Shown here: in pieces, positions 14,171 to 27,300 of the stretch
Layout of the letters: each line of letters starts with the position of its first letter
Numbering within the stretch: position 1 is the stretch's first letter
From: Macrostomum hystrix
Lineage: Eukaryota > Animalia > Platyhelminthes
Direction: 5' to 3'
Assembly (NCBI GenBank): GCA_950097015.1
Contig: CATNEN010000001.1
Coordinates: 23,064,001-23,128,000, forward strand
DNA length: 64,000 bases
Translations under genes and position numbers: made by a program
The notes under the pieces: model-generated
The model's database searches: none
Seen by the model: the letters and a program-made list of their open reading frames with translations, nothing else
Told to the model about the DNA's origin: nothing

Positions 14171-14667
14171 TTTTTTAGAGTTACCATTACTCAAAAAATC
14201 TATAAAATTCAGTTTAAAATCCTGTTATAGAAGAAAATATTTTTGTGATGGATTTTCTCAGCTGTTTTTTACTATTATAAGTAGTATTGCGGTGTGTAAA
14301 TAACTATTTCCTACTGTTCCGATCATTCGGCTACTTGATTAAGACAAAATCCTTTATTCATTTCTAGATTCTGATTTTTAAACTAGTTACTGAGACATAC
14401 CTTATTATTCCCAATTGTACTTTGCAACTTAAGTTAATAAGATGATTTATAAATATAATTTAAATATTTATCATTAACGTGTACTGCAGTTTTTATCCAG
14501 CGATTGTTGTCCTGACAGCACCTTGGCTCATTGTAATTGTGTGAGAATGATCATTTCCATGCATTTTTGTATTTCAATCGTTATTTTTCTATGCTGAAAC
14601 AACACTGAGGCTTTTGCACCGACTTCACACACCCCTGAAGTAAAATAATGACCATTTCCTGAAGGTT

Positions 14668-15682
14668 AACTGACACTACCCTGATAGTGAACTGACACTA
14701 CCCTGATAGTGAACTGACACTACCCTGAATGTAAACTGACACTGCCCTGATAGTGAGCTGACACTACCCTGATAGTGAACTGACACTGCCCTGATAGTGA
14801 ACTGACACTGCCCTGATAGTGAACTGACACTACCCTGAATGTAAACTGACACTGCCCTGATAGTGAACTGACACTACCCTGATAGTGAACTGACACTACC
14901 CTGAATGTAAACTGACACTACCCTGATAGTGAACTGACACTACCCTGATAGTGAACTGACACTGCCCTGATAGTGAACTGACACTGCCCTGATAGTGAAC
15001 TGACACTACCCTGATAGTGAACTGACACTACCCTGAATGTAAACTGACACTACCCTGATAGTGAACTGACACTACCCTGAATGTAAACTGACACTGCCCT
15101 GATAGTGAACTGACACTACCCTGAGAGTGAACTGACACTACCCTGAATGTAAACTGACACTGCCCTGATAGTGAACTGACACTACCCTGAATGTAAACTG
15201 ACACTATCCTGATATTGAACTGACACTACCCTGAATGTAAACTGACACTATCCTGATAGTGAACTGACACTATCCTGATATTGAACTGACACTACCCTGA
15301 ATGTAAACTGACACTGCCCTGATAGTGAACTGACACTACCCTGATAGTGAACTGACATTACCCTGATAGTGAACTGACACTACCCTGATAGTGAACTGAC
15401 ATTACCCTGATAGTGAACTGACACTACCCTGATAGTGAACTGACATTACCCTGATAGTGAACTGACACTACCCTGATAGTGAACTGACACTACCCTGATA
15501 GTGAACTGACACTACCCTGATAGTGAACTGACACTACCCTGATAGTGAACTGACACTACCCTGATAGTGAACTGACACTACCCTGATAGTGAACTGACAT
15601 TACCCTGATAGTGAACTGACACTACCCTGATAGTGAACTGACACTACCCTGATAGTGAACTGACACTACCCTGAATGTAAAC
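14668..15682. repeat. 22-bp minisatellite (GATAGTGAACTGACACTACCCT)
   Basis: ~46 units with two variant types. Confidence 0.95.
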
Positions 15683-17258
15683 TTGAATGTAATAGTTGCT
15701 CGCATTATATACTATAATATATCAACAGTTGAACAGGTAAATTTCCCCATGACAATTTTTGTGCTGCATCCTAACGGAGCAACGCAAGCACACAAAACTC
15801 AAGAACAGGGGCAAACTTTTTGTTGCGCTACTTCTGAAACAATAATCAAGTCGCCAGCTCTTCAGACCGTCGAGATGTTTAATGGTTCTGGCCGAAGGTC
15901 GGATTTTAAAATGTATCAGCACGTCACCCGACAGTACCTGCATCATCTCCGTCTTCAGTGGACATCTACCTTTGGCTAGACGGACTGCTGGACCTTCAAG
16001 GGCTACAACAGGTAGGTAGCTACAACTAGGCCACTATGGACACCCTGACGCGAATTTCTTCAATTTTACTGATCAAGTCAAAATATTAGGCGCAGCTCAA
16101 CCACAGGACACTCCCGCCTAGTCTGTCAAGCAATCTGTCATCAGCCAACGCTGTTAGCATTCGGGCGCTGCCAAAAACTTTTCAAGAGGCGGCAAGACGG
16201 CTTGGTAGTCCAACTGTTAGTATCAGAAAAAAACAAGAGATCAATAGACTTTTGTAAAAAAGTCTTAATATTTCATTGAGTTGTTACTAATTCATATCGA
16301 GTTTATAGAGAGCAATGGGAACTTTCCGTGAAATTAGTTTTATCGTGCGTAAGTTACTTATGCCTAAAATATAACATTAATGCTCATTGTACTAAATATA
16401 CAGAGCGAAATATAGTTTTTTACAGATATGTCAAATTTCAATTTTTTAAAAGAAATGAATAATTAAAAGATTAACTACAACTTGCACAACAGGAAAACGT
16501 ACTGTACTGTAATTTCGTTTCAAACAGAAAAAGTTAAAATAAAATAAACAAATCGGTGTCAATTTTAAGGTATGCCTACTTACAGTAGCATGATTATCAT
16601 TAAACATTGATAAATTTATTTACACCCCGGAGACGCTAACTAGGCTGATATTTATTTCCCGCTTCAGGCTTATCTCACCTCTTAGATTTATATACTCTGA
16701 TTGCCGATAAAATCTCACCTTGAAAACTCGTCGTTTTTTCACTAAAATCTCATCTTATCTCTTATAATCCAATCTCATCCCACACCTTATAATGTCAACT
16801 CATCCCTTAAAATTTTTATTCATCTCTAAAATCTTATCTCGCCCAAAAATCATATTTTATCCCTAAATCTATTTTCACCTCGTAGAATCGCGCCTCACAC
16901 CTTAAAATTTTATCTCACCCCTTATCTCACCAATCTCACCCCTAAAATCTCATCTCACACCTTAAATCTTATCTCACTAATCTAACCCCTAAAATATTAT
17001 CTGACGCTTAAAATATCGTCTTAAGTAAAATGTTATCACACCCCTCATCTCACCAATCTCACGCCTAAAATCTTATCTCACCCCTTATCTCACCTATCAC
17101 ATCCCAAAAATGTTATTTACCCTGCAAACACATCTTACGCCTCTAATCCTCTAATTACGAGTACCTCCTCGTACGCCTCTAACCCGTTAATCTACCGTCA
17201 CATAGCAAGTCTATCGCTTTCTGACGTCACAGAGTCCGTGCCAAAAAACACCGGCCAT

Positions 17259-20200
17259 TCATTTGGCCTTCTTTCGCGCCGCGGCGGCCTTTGAACGGGT
17301 GGTGACGGCGGCCCCGGCGTTGTCCTTGCCGCCGCTGGCGCTGCCACCGCGCCGTTTGCCCCAGGCCTCCTGGAACAGCAGGTTCACTGCGGTCACCAAG
17401 CTTCCAGCGAAGCGAAAGCCGTGGAACAGCAGCACCGGGCGAATGTCAACAGGCTTGCCGGCACCTTTGATGTGAGTTCAGTTGGGTTTGAGAATGAATT
17501 AGTTACCTTATTTTAAGACATTTTAGAGGAATCTGCCCAGATTCTAGAGGAATCTGCCCAGATTCTCGAGAGGAATCTGCCCAGATTCTAGAGGAATCTG
17601 CCCAGATTCTAGACTAGAGGAATCTGCCCAGATTCTAGAGGAATCTGCCCAGATTCTAGAGGAATCTGCCCAGATTCTAGAGGAATCTGCCCAGATTCTA
17701 GAGGAATCTGCCCAGATTCTAGAGGAATCTGCCCAGATTCTAGAGGAATCTGCCCAGATTCTAGAGGAATCTGCCAAGATTTTAGAGAACTCTGTGAGAT
17801 CGTAGAGGAATCTGCCTAGACTGTAAAGGAAAGTACCTTGTACCTTGTACCTATTCCTAAGTATAGAGAAATCTATAAGTACCTATTTAAATGCCAGAAA
17901 CAGGAAATCGTCAAATGAAAGCGTATTTTAAGAAATTTAATTACATCGGCTTCAAAACTCACCGGAATTTTGTGTGCTGCCGCACAACTTCTCCGTGAAA
18001 AAATAGTGCAGCCACAGCTGGGCATCAACTACAGCCAAGCAGGTCGTCAATAGCATCAGAGGACAGCGAAGGCTGGGGCGACCACCTTGGTGATGTTAGG
18101 GAAAATTAATTTTAGAGATATACTTTAGTTCCTATTTCAATTTTTCCTTTCTTCTTTACTTAAGTCGCTTTTTTTCATAATATTCCGAATCCGATTGTTC
18201 CCAAAGCCACAAGTCCAACCTTTAATGACAGCGGGCAGCATAAACAGCAAGGCCGGAGTGACGATGGCGGCCACAAAGGCGCTCACTCGAGCCCAGACTG
18301 GCGGCGACTCGGCAAGGCAGTCATTTGTATTGCTAATGTAGCGCTGCAGGGGATTTAACAGCTGCAAAAGCCGGTATTAGTAACATTTACTAACTATGAA
18401 AATAATTTTGTACGCATTTTTAAGTGTTATCATAAATAATAGGATGGAAATTCGAATTCAAAGTTTTGGCCCTTGGGGCCTGGGGGCCAAACAAGAACAG
18501 ACAAAAAACGAAAAACATACACGAGCGAGGCCATGGCTCTAAAATGCAATGAGTCATCACTCAACCCGACCAGTCCGCCACAGCCACACACACGTTGATT
18601 GAGACTGGAGGGCCCTTGGAGGGTTTCGCGGGCGGATCGTAGTGGGGCCCCGATATCGATTTTTCTCTTTCCTTTCAATGTACAGCCAACTTCAGTGGCA
18701 GGGGAAGGGTTGGTGTGCGCTGAGTGTGTGCGCAGTGTGCGGGGCACTTGAATTCAGTTGGAAGGGAAGGGAAAGAAAGGACTGTTTGCGCGACACAAAG
18801 ATAGGGGCCAATATTTTCTACACTGGAAAAATAAAGTGGGCTTAACTAATTTGAACTCCAAATCAATGTGATTAAAAATAATCAAAGGGTTCTAGATAAG
18901 GATACGCATGCTAAAATAAATAATAGTATTAATATACAATTTCTGTTCTGCCACAGCCTGCCACACGTATTACTAAAGTAACTGGCTCACCACTTGGGAC
19001 TAGGGATGCCAACCGGTTTTAAAACCGGTTTAAAAAAACCGGTTTTTAGCAGGAAAACCGGTTCTAAAAAAACCGTTTTTTTGTCCGGTTTTTTGACGGT
19101 TTTTAATGGGTTTTTTATTTTAATTATGTCTCACAGAGTCACAATTTTTGCACTTTGGAGAAAAAATAACTGGCAACAAAAGTCCTCAACTGCAACTGCA
19201 AGTATGCTCAACTCTGGAGAGTCGCATTGGCCGTGAACTGGAGTTCCTTCGCATTGCGCATCAGCGGGGAACACTGCTGACACAGCTTTTTGATAAGCTT
19301 CTACTAATTCCGCCAACAAGTGTTGAAGCCGAGCGGTCATTTTCTGCTAGTGGTCTTTTTCTATCAAAGGTCAGGTCCCGCGGTTGTCAGACAGGACACT
19401 GTCCCGGCTGATTATGCTTCGTCACTATTTTTTGAAGTGATTTTTCTGAATTTAGTAAAGAGTAAAGACTATATTTATGCAGTGTTGGGCATTGTTAGTA
19501 GATTTTTCTAACTTCGTTAAGTTAACAAGCGTTAACAAAAAACTTTAACTTTAACTTCAACTTTAGTTAACTTTAAAAAAAATAAATTTAACTTCGTTAA
19601 TAAAAGTTAAAAGTTAAATTTACTCAAATTTTGTCCTGAATATATTAAGCTGCACCATAGTACCCGTATTTTCCATTTGCCCTTTCATACTGGTTCTGAT
19701 TCCTGAATTGGAATAACTCTGCTTCTGGAGCTTATCGTGAACTTTCTCGTGAAAAGGCTCATAGTCATTGACTCGTTATGTAAAAAATTAACCCGGAAGC
19801 AAAAAAAGCTTCCTAGATTTGTAAATGTCTCATAAATATGTTAACGGACCAAGCCAATTGTTAAATTGAAAAAGGGTACCGAAAATTCGTTAAAAAGTTA
19901 ACCCGAAAAAAATTAACTTAGGTCCATTAACTTTTAAGAAAAAACTTAACGCTTATTAACGCTTATTAACTTTTTAACGCTTTTTAACGGACCATTATTT
20001 AGACCGAATTAGAATTCGCTAATTCTGTTGCGCCCAAATTTTGGCAGCCATTATTGTACAATTTTATTTGTCATTAATAAATAAGTGAAATCGAAGTTTA
20101 TTTTCTGTTAAAATTAGTAATATCTGTGTATCTATCTATCTTCTATGCGTATTTAGTGCTTTTTTAAAAACTTGGCACACAAACCGGTTTTCTTATAAAA

Positions 20201-20387
20201 GGCGGTTTTCAAACCGGTTAACCGGTTTTCAAAAAGGGCCGGTTTTTGGCATCTCTACTTGGGACGGATAATGGGCCTTGATGCAATCAGGCAACGCCAA
20301 ATGCAGCTCAACGAGTAGCACGGAGACTGTGTGCACAAAGATTGTGATGGCCGTTAAGAAATCTAGTAGGCGTAGGTAATTAGACAT
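17259..20387 (-). CDS. TMEM97: TMEM97/sigma-2 receptor-like EXPERA-domain ER membrane protein (~200 aa); exon 1 is interrupted by a hAT element
   Basis: Exons on the minus strand: 20387-20258 plus 18992-18991 (pre-insertion exon 1), 18361-18220, 18085-17963, 17464-17259; 603 nt in frame. The protein MSNYLRLLDFLTAITIFVHTVSVLLVELHLALP..YPSQVLLNPLQRYISNTNDCLAESPPVW..VIKG aligns with recalled TMEM97 (H..TL..DL..LP..YP...Y....KDPL..PP.W..LKG). It has about 4 hydrophobic segments and ends in KKAK, an ER-retrieval-type signal. Confidence 0.75.
17524..17820. repeat. 21-bp minisatellite (CTAGAGGAATCTGCCCAGATT) in a TMEM97 intron
   Basis: Tandem array. Confidence 0.92.
19001..20257 (+). mobile_element. 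Non-autonomous hAT (Ac/Ds-like) DNA transposon, internally deleted
   Basis: TIRs TAGGGATGCCA...TGGCATCTCTA (1 mismatch); perfect 8-bp TSD CTTGGGAC at 18993-19000 and 20258-20265; AAACCGG subterminal repeats at both ends; remnant of the hAT C-terminal dimerisation motif LFDKLLLIPPTSVEAERSFSASG at ~19285-19380. Confidence 0.92.
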
Positions 20388-20399
20388 TGTTCGATTGTT

Positions 20400-21368
20400 C
20401 GTATATTTGAGCAACTTCGAAGCTCCGGACTAGGACGGGAGAAAATTCGAGGGACGGACGAGGTCAAACAAAAATGGCGGGGCTTCTTTAGCTTCTACCT
20501 TTCGGGGGGGAGTGGGGTGGATAGCATCATCGGGAGCCCCGGCCAATAGGGAACAGCCAACAAGCCATTTTTTGTTACGGAAGGCGCGGGATTCGGGAAG
20601 AATGCCAAGTTAAGCTAGGGCACTTTCTACACTACTTAAAAGTAGGCATGCCACAAGCAACATTTTCGTTAAAAAAAGCAAGCTTTCAGACGATTTATTT
20701 AGGCTTCTTTTTAGAAAGCGAGCGAAAGCTAGCGAAGAAGACTATAATCAGTGAGTGGCACCAAGCTCCAAATCCACCATTCATTAATATTTTAATTCAT
20801 TCACCCGTCTATATTTAAAAGCCTACTACTACTGTCGAAAAAGTAGTATCAGAGCTTTTTAAAGCCTAAAAACGACCACAACACGCATGGACATTCGGCT
20901 AATCTATGTGCGAGTAGCCTATACGTATAAAACGAGTCTAATGAAGGAAAAGTGAGACAGAAAGAGACAGGGTGGGAGAGAGCGTGGCTGCGCGATGTAC
21001 GTACATTGTTTGCTGCGCATGGCAACTGAACACGGGTACAGAGGGACTGAGAGACGAAAGTTGTCAGAGTTGGTATGAGTCGCAACATTTGGCGTTGTTT
21101 TCGCTGGGGTCTGCTCTATGTACATGCCTGTCTCTCTTTTCACCTCTTCAAGCTGTCCAGCCCAGGCAGCGCTTTGTTGCCATGGAGACCGAGTCTTCGC
21201 TCACAGCGTTTCATTTTAATTCTTACTGCTTTCTTCTTTCAAAGGCTTTTTAAAACAGGCATTTTTAAAGCAAGTCTTACGAAGAGAGAATGTTTCTCTG
21301 ATTCTGAAATTGGAATTTGTACGCATTAGTACCAATTAGAGAACACGGATCATTGCTAGATAGACGCC
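20400..21368. promoter_or_regulatory. Candidate bidirectional promoter between the TMEM97-like gene (-) and ADGB (+)
   Basis: Head-to-head ATGs about 1 kb apart (20387 and 21369); YY1-type AAAATGGCGG at 20471-20480; CCAAT near 20543; RFX X-box at 21176-21189. Confidence 0.55.
21176..21189. promoter_or_regulatory. RFX X-box upstream of androglobin
   Basis: GTTGCCATGGAGAC (reverse complement GTCTCCATGGCAAC) matches the RFX consensus about 180 bp before the ATG. Weaker X-box-like sites occur at 21012-21026, 21946-21957 and 21966-21978. Confidence 0.7.
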
Positions 21369-24300
21369 ATGCCACCAAAGAAGTCGGCAGAAGATCGGCA
21401 CAAGAGCGGCCGAAGTGGATCACCCGGCAAGAATAGAAAAGATGGGTGAGCATACTCGCTGCTGAGTTTGAGTCGTATGGAATCACCAACTCGGAAGTAG
21501 GATCTTCAAAGGAAGGCAGAGACCTATTTGATTCATATGTTCATAGGCTAGCAATGATTTGAGTCATGTGCTTTAAGGAGGGCAATGACCTATTTGAGAC
21601 ATGCGTTCTATTAAAACAATGAACAATTTTAGTGTTTTGCAAATATGTAATTTAATTTCCTTAATAACATCAGCGCATCCCTAAAATGTGAAAATGCTTG
21701 CTATTGAACTACCTTAAGTCGCTGACCAGTAGTATGCAAGTGAATTCTATTCATCAAACGAACTAGAAAATGGAAGGGGAACAATTTTCATCGCGCAACG
21801 CATTGAATATTAAATTCTTAAAAGGAACAGCATTTACAAATACTGTACAGGTGCAATTTCTGATGTACGCCATTGTAATTGTTTCAACGATTCCCCCAAA
21901 AAAGTCAGTACTTCCTTTCTATCCATTTTCCCCTAACGGCTTCATGTCCATGACAACCGCCGCCTGTCCCATAGCAACAGGATAGGAAGGGCGAATTGGA
22001 AGAGCAATGAACGCGAAAAAAACGCGTGCAAAATGGGCAGGTGCGGCAAGAGGACTAAATCCCTGTTGAAACAAACGCGCGCCCACCTGTACTGCCCTGA
22101 GCAGTCTTCTAGGAGAGGAAAACAGGGCAGAAAATTATTTTAACTTGCGGGGAGAGAAAATGTGAGAAGGCTCAGGTGCATTTTTGGGAAGCTGGTGGCA
22201 GAACACAAGGTTTGGCGCATCTTTATTAGACTGCAGATTGAGTAGATGGTCTAGGCTAGTTTGAAGCGACATCATCAGCAGCAGCAGCAGCAGCAGCAGA
22301 GATGAAGCAGAGGGGCGCACCGACTGTGCCGAGCTCGAGAGCCAGCTCTCGCACTGGCTCAAGAAATGTCTCTTTTCGAGAGCAGAAATCACCGAGCGGT
22401 CAGCACGGAGGCTCATCCACGGACGGCTCGACAAGCGCCAGGTCGCCCGATGATCGCAGGCGGTGAGACAGGGTCCAGGTGCTGAGCTGGACATTGTTTA
22501 GTCCCCTGGTCCTAGATATCTGCCTTACTTCCAGGCTAGATGCGTGCTGTTTCTTCTTGGGACGGGGTCATTGGGACGGGGTCATTGGGACGGGGTCATT
22601 GGGACGGGGTCATTTGGACGGGGTCATTGGGACGGGGTCATTGGGACGTCTACAAAGGAGAAGAGAAATTAAGCTTAGGCAAGGCAATGTGCATGCTGGC
22701 ATATATTTTCTGGCCATATATTGTCTGTGCTAGATTAATTTAGCAGGTTCAATCAGATTTTCCCAGTGAAAATTTCTTCCACTTTCTAAGGCCTTCATTT
22801 CCGCTAGCCTTCATTTCCGCTTTAAAAAGTTCCGTTAACAAAAGACCTGGCAGATGTATAAAAGCATCACACTAGGCAGTTTAGAGGTTTTATGTCTCAC
22901 ACCTATAGTACTTGAGTAGGCCTTAGCTATAAGTTGGAGATGGACTCAAGCAGAGCCACCAGCAGGGCCACAACCGCTCGCAGTGTAGCTAGCAGGCACG
23001 GCAGCAGAAGAAAGTCGACTTTGAGTCAGGGAGCCCCCGGGGCTGCTGCAGCGGCGGCGCGACTCGAACAGCTGGCCCTGCTGGCTGAGTACGAGGCGTG
23101 AGTTTGACTGAATCACCTGACACCACTGCCTCACCTGACACCCCACTGCATCATCTGACACCCAGTGCATCACCTGACACTCAGCTGCATCATCTGACAC
23201 CCACTGCATCACCTGACACCCACTGCATCACCTGACACCCACTGCATCACCTGACACCCCACTGCCTCACCTGACACCCACTGCCTCACCTGACACCCAC
23301 TGCATCACCTGACACCCCACTGCATCACCTGACACCCCACTGCCTCACCTGACACCCAGCTGCCTCGCCTGACACCCACTGCATCACCTGACGCCCCACT
23401 GCCTCACCTGACACCCACTGCATCACCTGACACTCAGCTGCATCACCTGACACCCCACTGAATCACCTGACACCCAGCTGCCTCATCTGACACCTAACTA
23501 CCTTATCTGACACCCAACTGTCTCATCTGACACAAATAATGCCTCATCTGGTACCCCACTGCCTCACCTGACACCAATAGTGCCTCACCTGACACCCATC
23601 TGTCCCAACTAACAGCTCTATTCTAAAAAGCATGCATGTTCCAATCTTGCCAATCTGAGTGATTTATAAAAAACTAGAGCAGCAATTCATTATAACCAGA
23701 CCTCCTCCCTAAGCTGCCAATCTTAGAACAGATTTTTCCTTGCAACGTCGCTGTACAACGGATACCGGATAATAAGTTGCTTACTGTTGTTAACGAAGAT
23801 TGTTGCCTTTAATGCCGCTTCTGCGGGCAAGCCGTTGATCCCCGCACAATGAGAGACATGATGCCCCATCCGGCCTTACGCTAGTCTAACAATAGTGTTT
23901 TTTCCTCTAGGAGAGGAATAAAATCCCCAATGGAGATGGGAATATAAAGATGGAGGAGGCTTGATGAGGATCCCCAGGTTGAGAACCGACACGCTTTCGG
24001 TCAAATCATGGACATCGGCACAGCGTCCATCACCCTGGATGTCACCAAGAAGCTGCAGTCCAAAGTGGTTGCCGCGAGAAGCTCAGCTGCAGCCGCCTCC
24101 TCCTCTTCTTCCGCCGTCACTGCCGGAGCGTCAGGCACCGGCGGACAGAAGGAGCGTGTGCGGAAGAACGGCGAGATGCTGCCGCTGCTCCTGACTGCTT
24201 CCACCAGCGGCAGCGGCGCCTTGTCCCCGGGTCATCACAACGGATCGCGGGCGGCATCGCTGCATTCAACATCAGAAGAAGCTGTTGCGACACTGGCCGG

Positions 24301-27300
24301 GTCTGGTGGAGAAGATTTTGGGAAGGAAGATTGATAGATTGATAGATTGATAGATTGATAGACAAATTGGAAGATTGGTGTATTGACATATCGATAAATT
24401 GATATATTGGTAGATTGATATAGTGATAGATTTATATATTGATAGCTTGACTTATCTGTATTGATAGTTATAGATAAACTCATATATTGATAGATTGATA
24501 GATTTAAGTCCGAAGGTATTGTCACTTGGCTTCTATGAGCTATCATTGTAGACGTGGGAAGAAAGTAGATTTGGGAAGAATGTTGGTCAGCTCAAAAAAG
24601 AATGTTGGCCAAACCTGCAGTAAAGCAGTGCGACTGTACATTCCCTGGGTGTACAGTCACCAGGATCCCATCCGTTCTCTCTCTCCCCCTTCACTCCGCT
24701 GTCAAACTACCCATGCGATGAAGGTCGGGGCGCACACAAAGCACAATGCTCCATTGAATCCCCTCATGCTGCTCTGAATGCAGTCAGAAATCGGATGAGA
24801 TCTGTGAAGTATCCAATGACAACAAACCCGATAGGATATGAGCTGGTTGCTATGTCCACCTGAGTTGCGGATGCTGCGACGCAAAGTGTGCTCAAATCTT
24901 TAAAATATATTTAGGATCGTACTGTACTCAATTTGAGTTGAACAAGCTCACATGTGATTCTGAGATTAAGTAAAAATGCAGCAACAAAATCAGCATAATA
25001 CTAATCAACAGCAGCAGCAGCATCATCATCAGCAGCAACTTCCAGGTCAAAAACGCAGTCGACAAAATCTTCCCATCGCCGTGTCGCCTCAGTCACCGGA
25101 ACCTTTGGAGTGCGCGACACACGTTGTCACTTTGTCACTGTAGATTTTTGTGCTAGATAGGGACACTTATTGACATTTGAAAGGCTGCCCATAGGCCGCC
25201 TTAACAGACAAGGCGTTTAGCTGTTAGACAGGGTGCTCAGCTGTTAGACAGGGTGCTCAGCTGTTAGACAGGGTGCTCAGCTGTTAGACAGCTTGCTCAG
25301 CTGCTAGACAGGGTGCTCAGCTGTTAGACAGGGTGTTCAGCTGTTAGATAAGGTGTTCAGTTGTTAGACAGGGTGCTCAGCTGTTAGACAGGGTGCTCAG
25401 CTGTTAGACAGGGTGCTCAGCTGTTAGATAGGTTGTACAGCTGTTAGATAAGGTGTTCAGCTGTTAGACAGGGTGCTCAGCTGTTAGATAAGGTGTTCAG
25501 CTGTTAGACAGGGTGCTCAGCTGTTAGATAAGGTGTTCAGCTGTTAGACAGGGTATTCAGCTGTTAGACAGGGTGCTCAGCTGTTAGACAGGGTGCTCAG
25601 CTGTTAGATAAGGTGTTCAGCTGTTAGACAGGGTGTTCAGCTGTTAGACAGGGTGTTCAGCTGCTAGATAAGGTGTTCAGTTGTTAGACAGGGTGCTCAG
25701 CTGTTAGACAGGGTGCTCAGCTGTTAGATAGGTTGTACAGCTGTTAGATAAGGTGTTCAGCTGTTAGGCAGGGTGCTCAGCTGTTAGATAAGGTGTTCAG
25801 CTGTTAGACAGGGTGCTCAGCTGTTAGATAAGGTGCTCAGCTGTTAGACAGGGTATTCAGCTGTTAGACAGGGTGCTCAGCTGTTAGACAGACAGGGTAT
25901 TAAATCTGTTGGACAAGACTAGTCCATATTCTATTAATGACTGTGAGCTTTTTGTTTCAAGGTAGAAGTTTAAAGAAGAGATTAAAAAGTTACCGCATGG
26001 TCGTCTTTAAGCATGTTCCATTCAAAACCAAAGGCACACATTACTTTATCAATCCAGCTGATAGCCAAAGAAATTAACTGACTCCATCGTTAGGCCAACA
26101 GATTTTTTGAGTAGGTAGAATCACTGAAATACATTTTGATAGTGTGGGGTCTATTCTGTACTCGCCATATGGCAATGCAAAGCTGATAACGAGAACCAGC
26201 CCTGCAAAACCAAATTTCAGGTATTATTTTTACCTTTACCTAGTCAGTACCAGTGTAGGCCTTATCACACTGGCCAGCTTATCTCAGTAGAGCGGAGAGA
26301 ATGCACAAAATCTGAGTTAAAAGAATTGATTTATGCCTTAGTAGAACATACTTTTGCGAATTGAATTGCAGTGCTGTATTTTTGGGCAGTATTGGGGATA
26401 TTTTAATGATGAATAGACTTTTATTTACTCATATTTATCCCAACTTTCTCTAGCGGACCCGGCGCCAATTCACCTCAGGAGCCAAAGAAGCCTAAACTGC
26501 TAATCTGGCCTGAATTCTCCGACACCGAGATTAACAATGAGAAATGGGTGAGTAGGCTGCGACTGGGATTAACAATGAGAACTGGGTAAGTAGGCTGCGA
26601 CTGCGATTAACAATGAGAAATGGGTTAGTAGCCTGCGACTGGGATTAACAATGAGAAATGGGTGAGTAGGCTGCGACTGGGATTAACAATGAGAAATGGG
26701 TTAGTAGCCTGCGACTGGGATTAACAATGAGCAATGGGTTAGTAGCCTGCGACTGGGATTAACAATGAGAAATGGGTGAGTAGCCTGCGACTGGGATTAA
26801 CAATGAGAAATGGGTGAGTAGGCTGCGACTGGGATTAACAATGAGAAATGGGTGAGTAGCCTGCGACTGGGATTAACAATGAGAAATGGGTTAGTAGCCT
26901 GCGACTGGGATTAACAATGAGAAATGGGTTAGTAGCCTGCGACTGGGATTAACAATGAGAAATGGGTTAGTAGCCTGCGACTGGGATTAACAATGAGAAA
27001 TGGGTGAGTAGGCTGCGACTGGGATTAACAATGAGAAATGGGTGAGTAGGCTGCGACTGGGATTAACAATGAGAAATGGGTGAGTAGGCTGCGACTGTGA
27101 TTAACAATGAGAAATGGGTGAGTAGGCTGCGACTGGGATTAACAATGAGAAATGGGTGAGTAGGCTGCGACTGCGATTAACAATGAGAAATGGGTGAGTA
27201 GGCTGCGACTGCGATTAACAATGAGAACTGGGTGAGTAGGCTGCGACTGCGATTAACAATGAGAACTGGGTGAGTAGGCTGCGACTGCGATTAACAATGA

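Noticed and set aside
14490-16015. Possible small spliced gene flanking the 22-bp array
   Set aside because: Splice-like sites exist, but no continuous ORF or recognisable product could be built.
19148-19411. Active transposase gene
   Set aside because: Only a short C-terminal dimerisation remnant is present; the element is non-autonomous.
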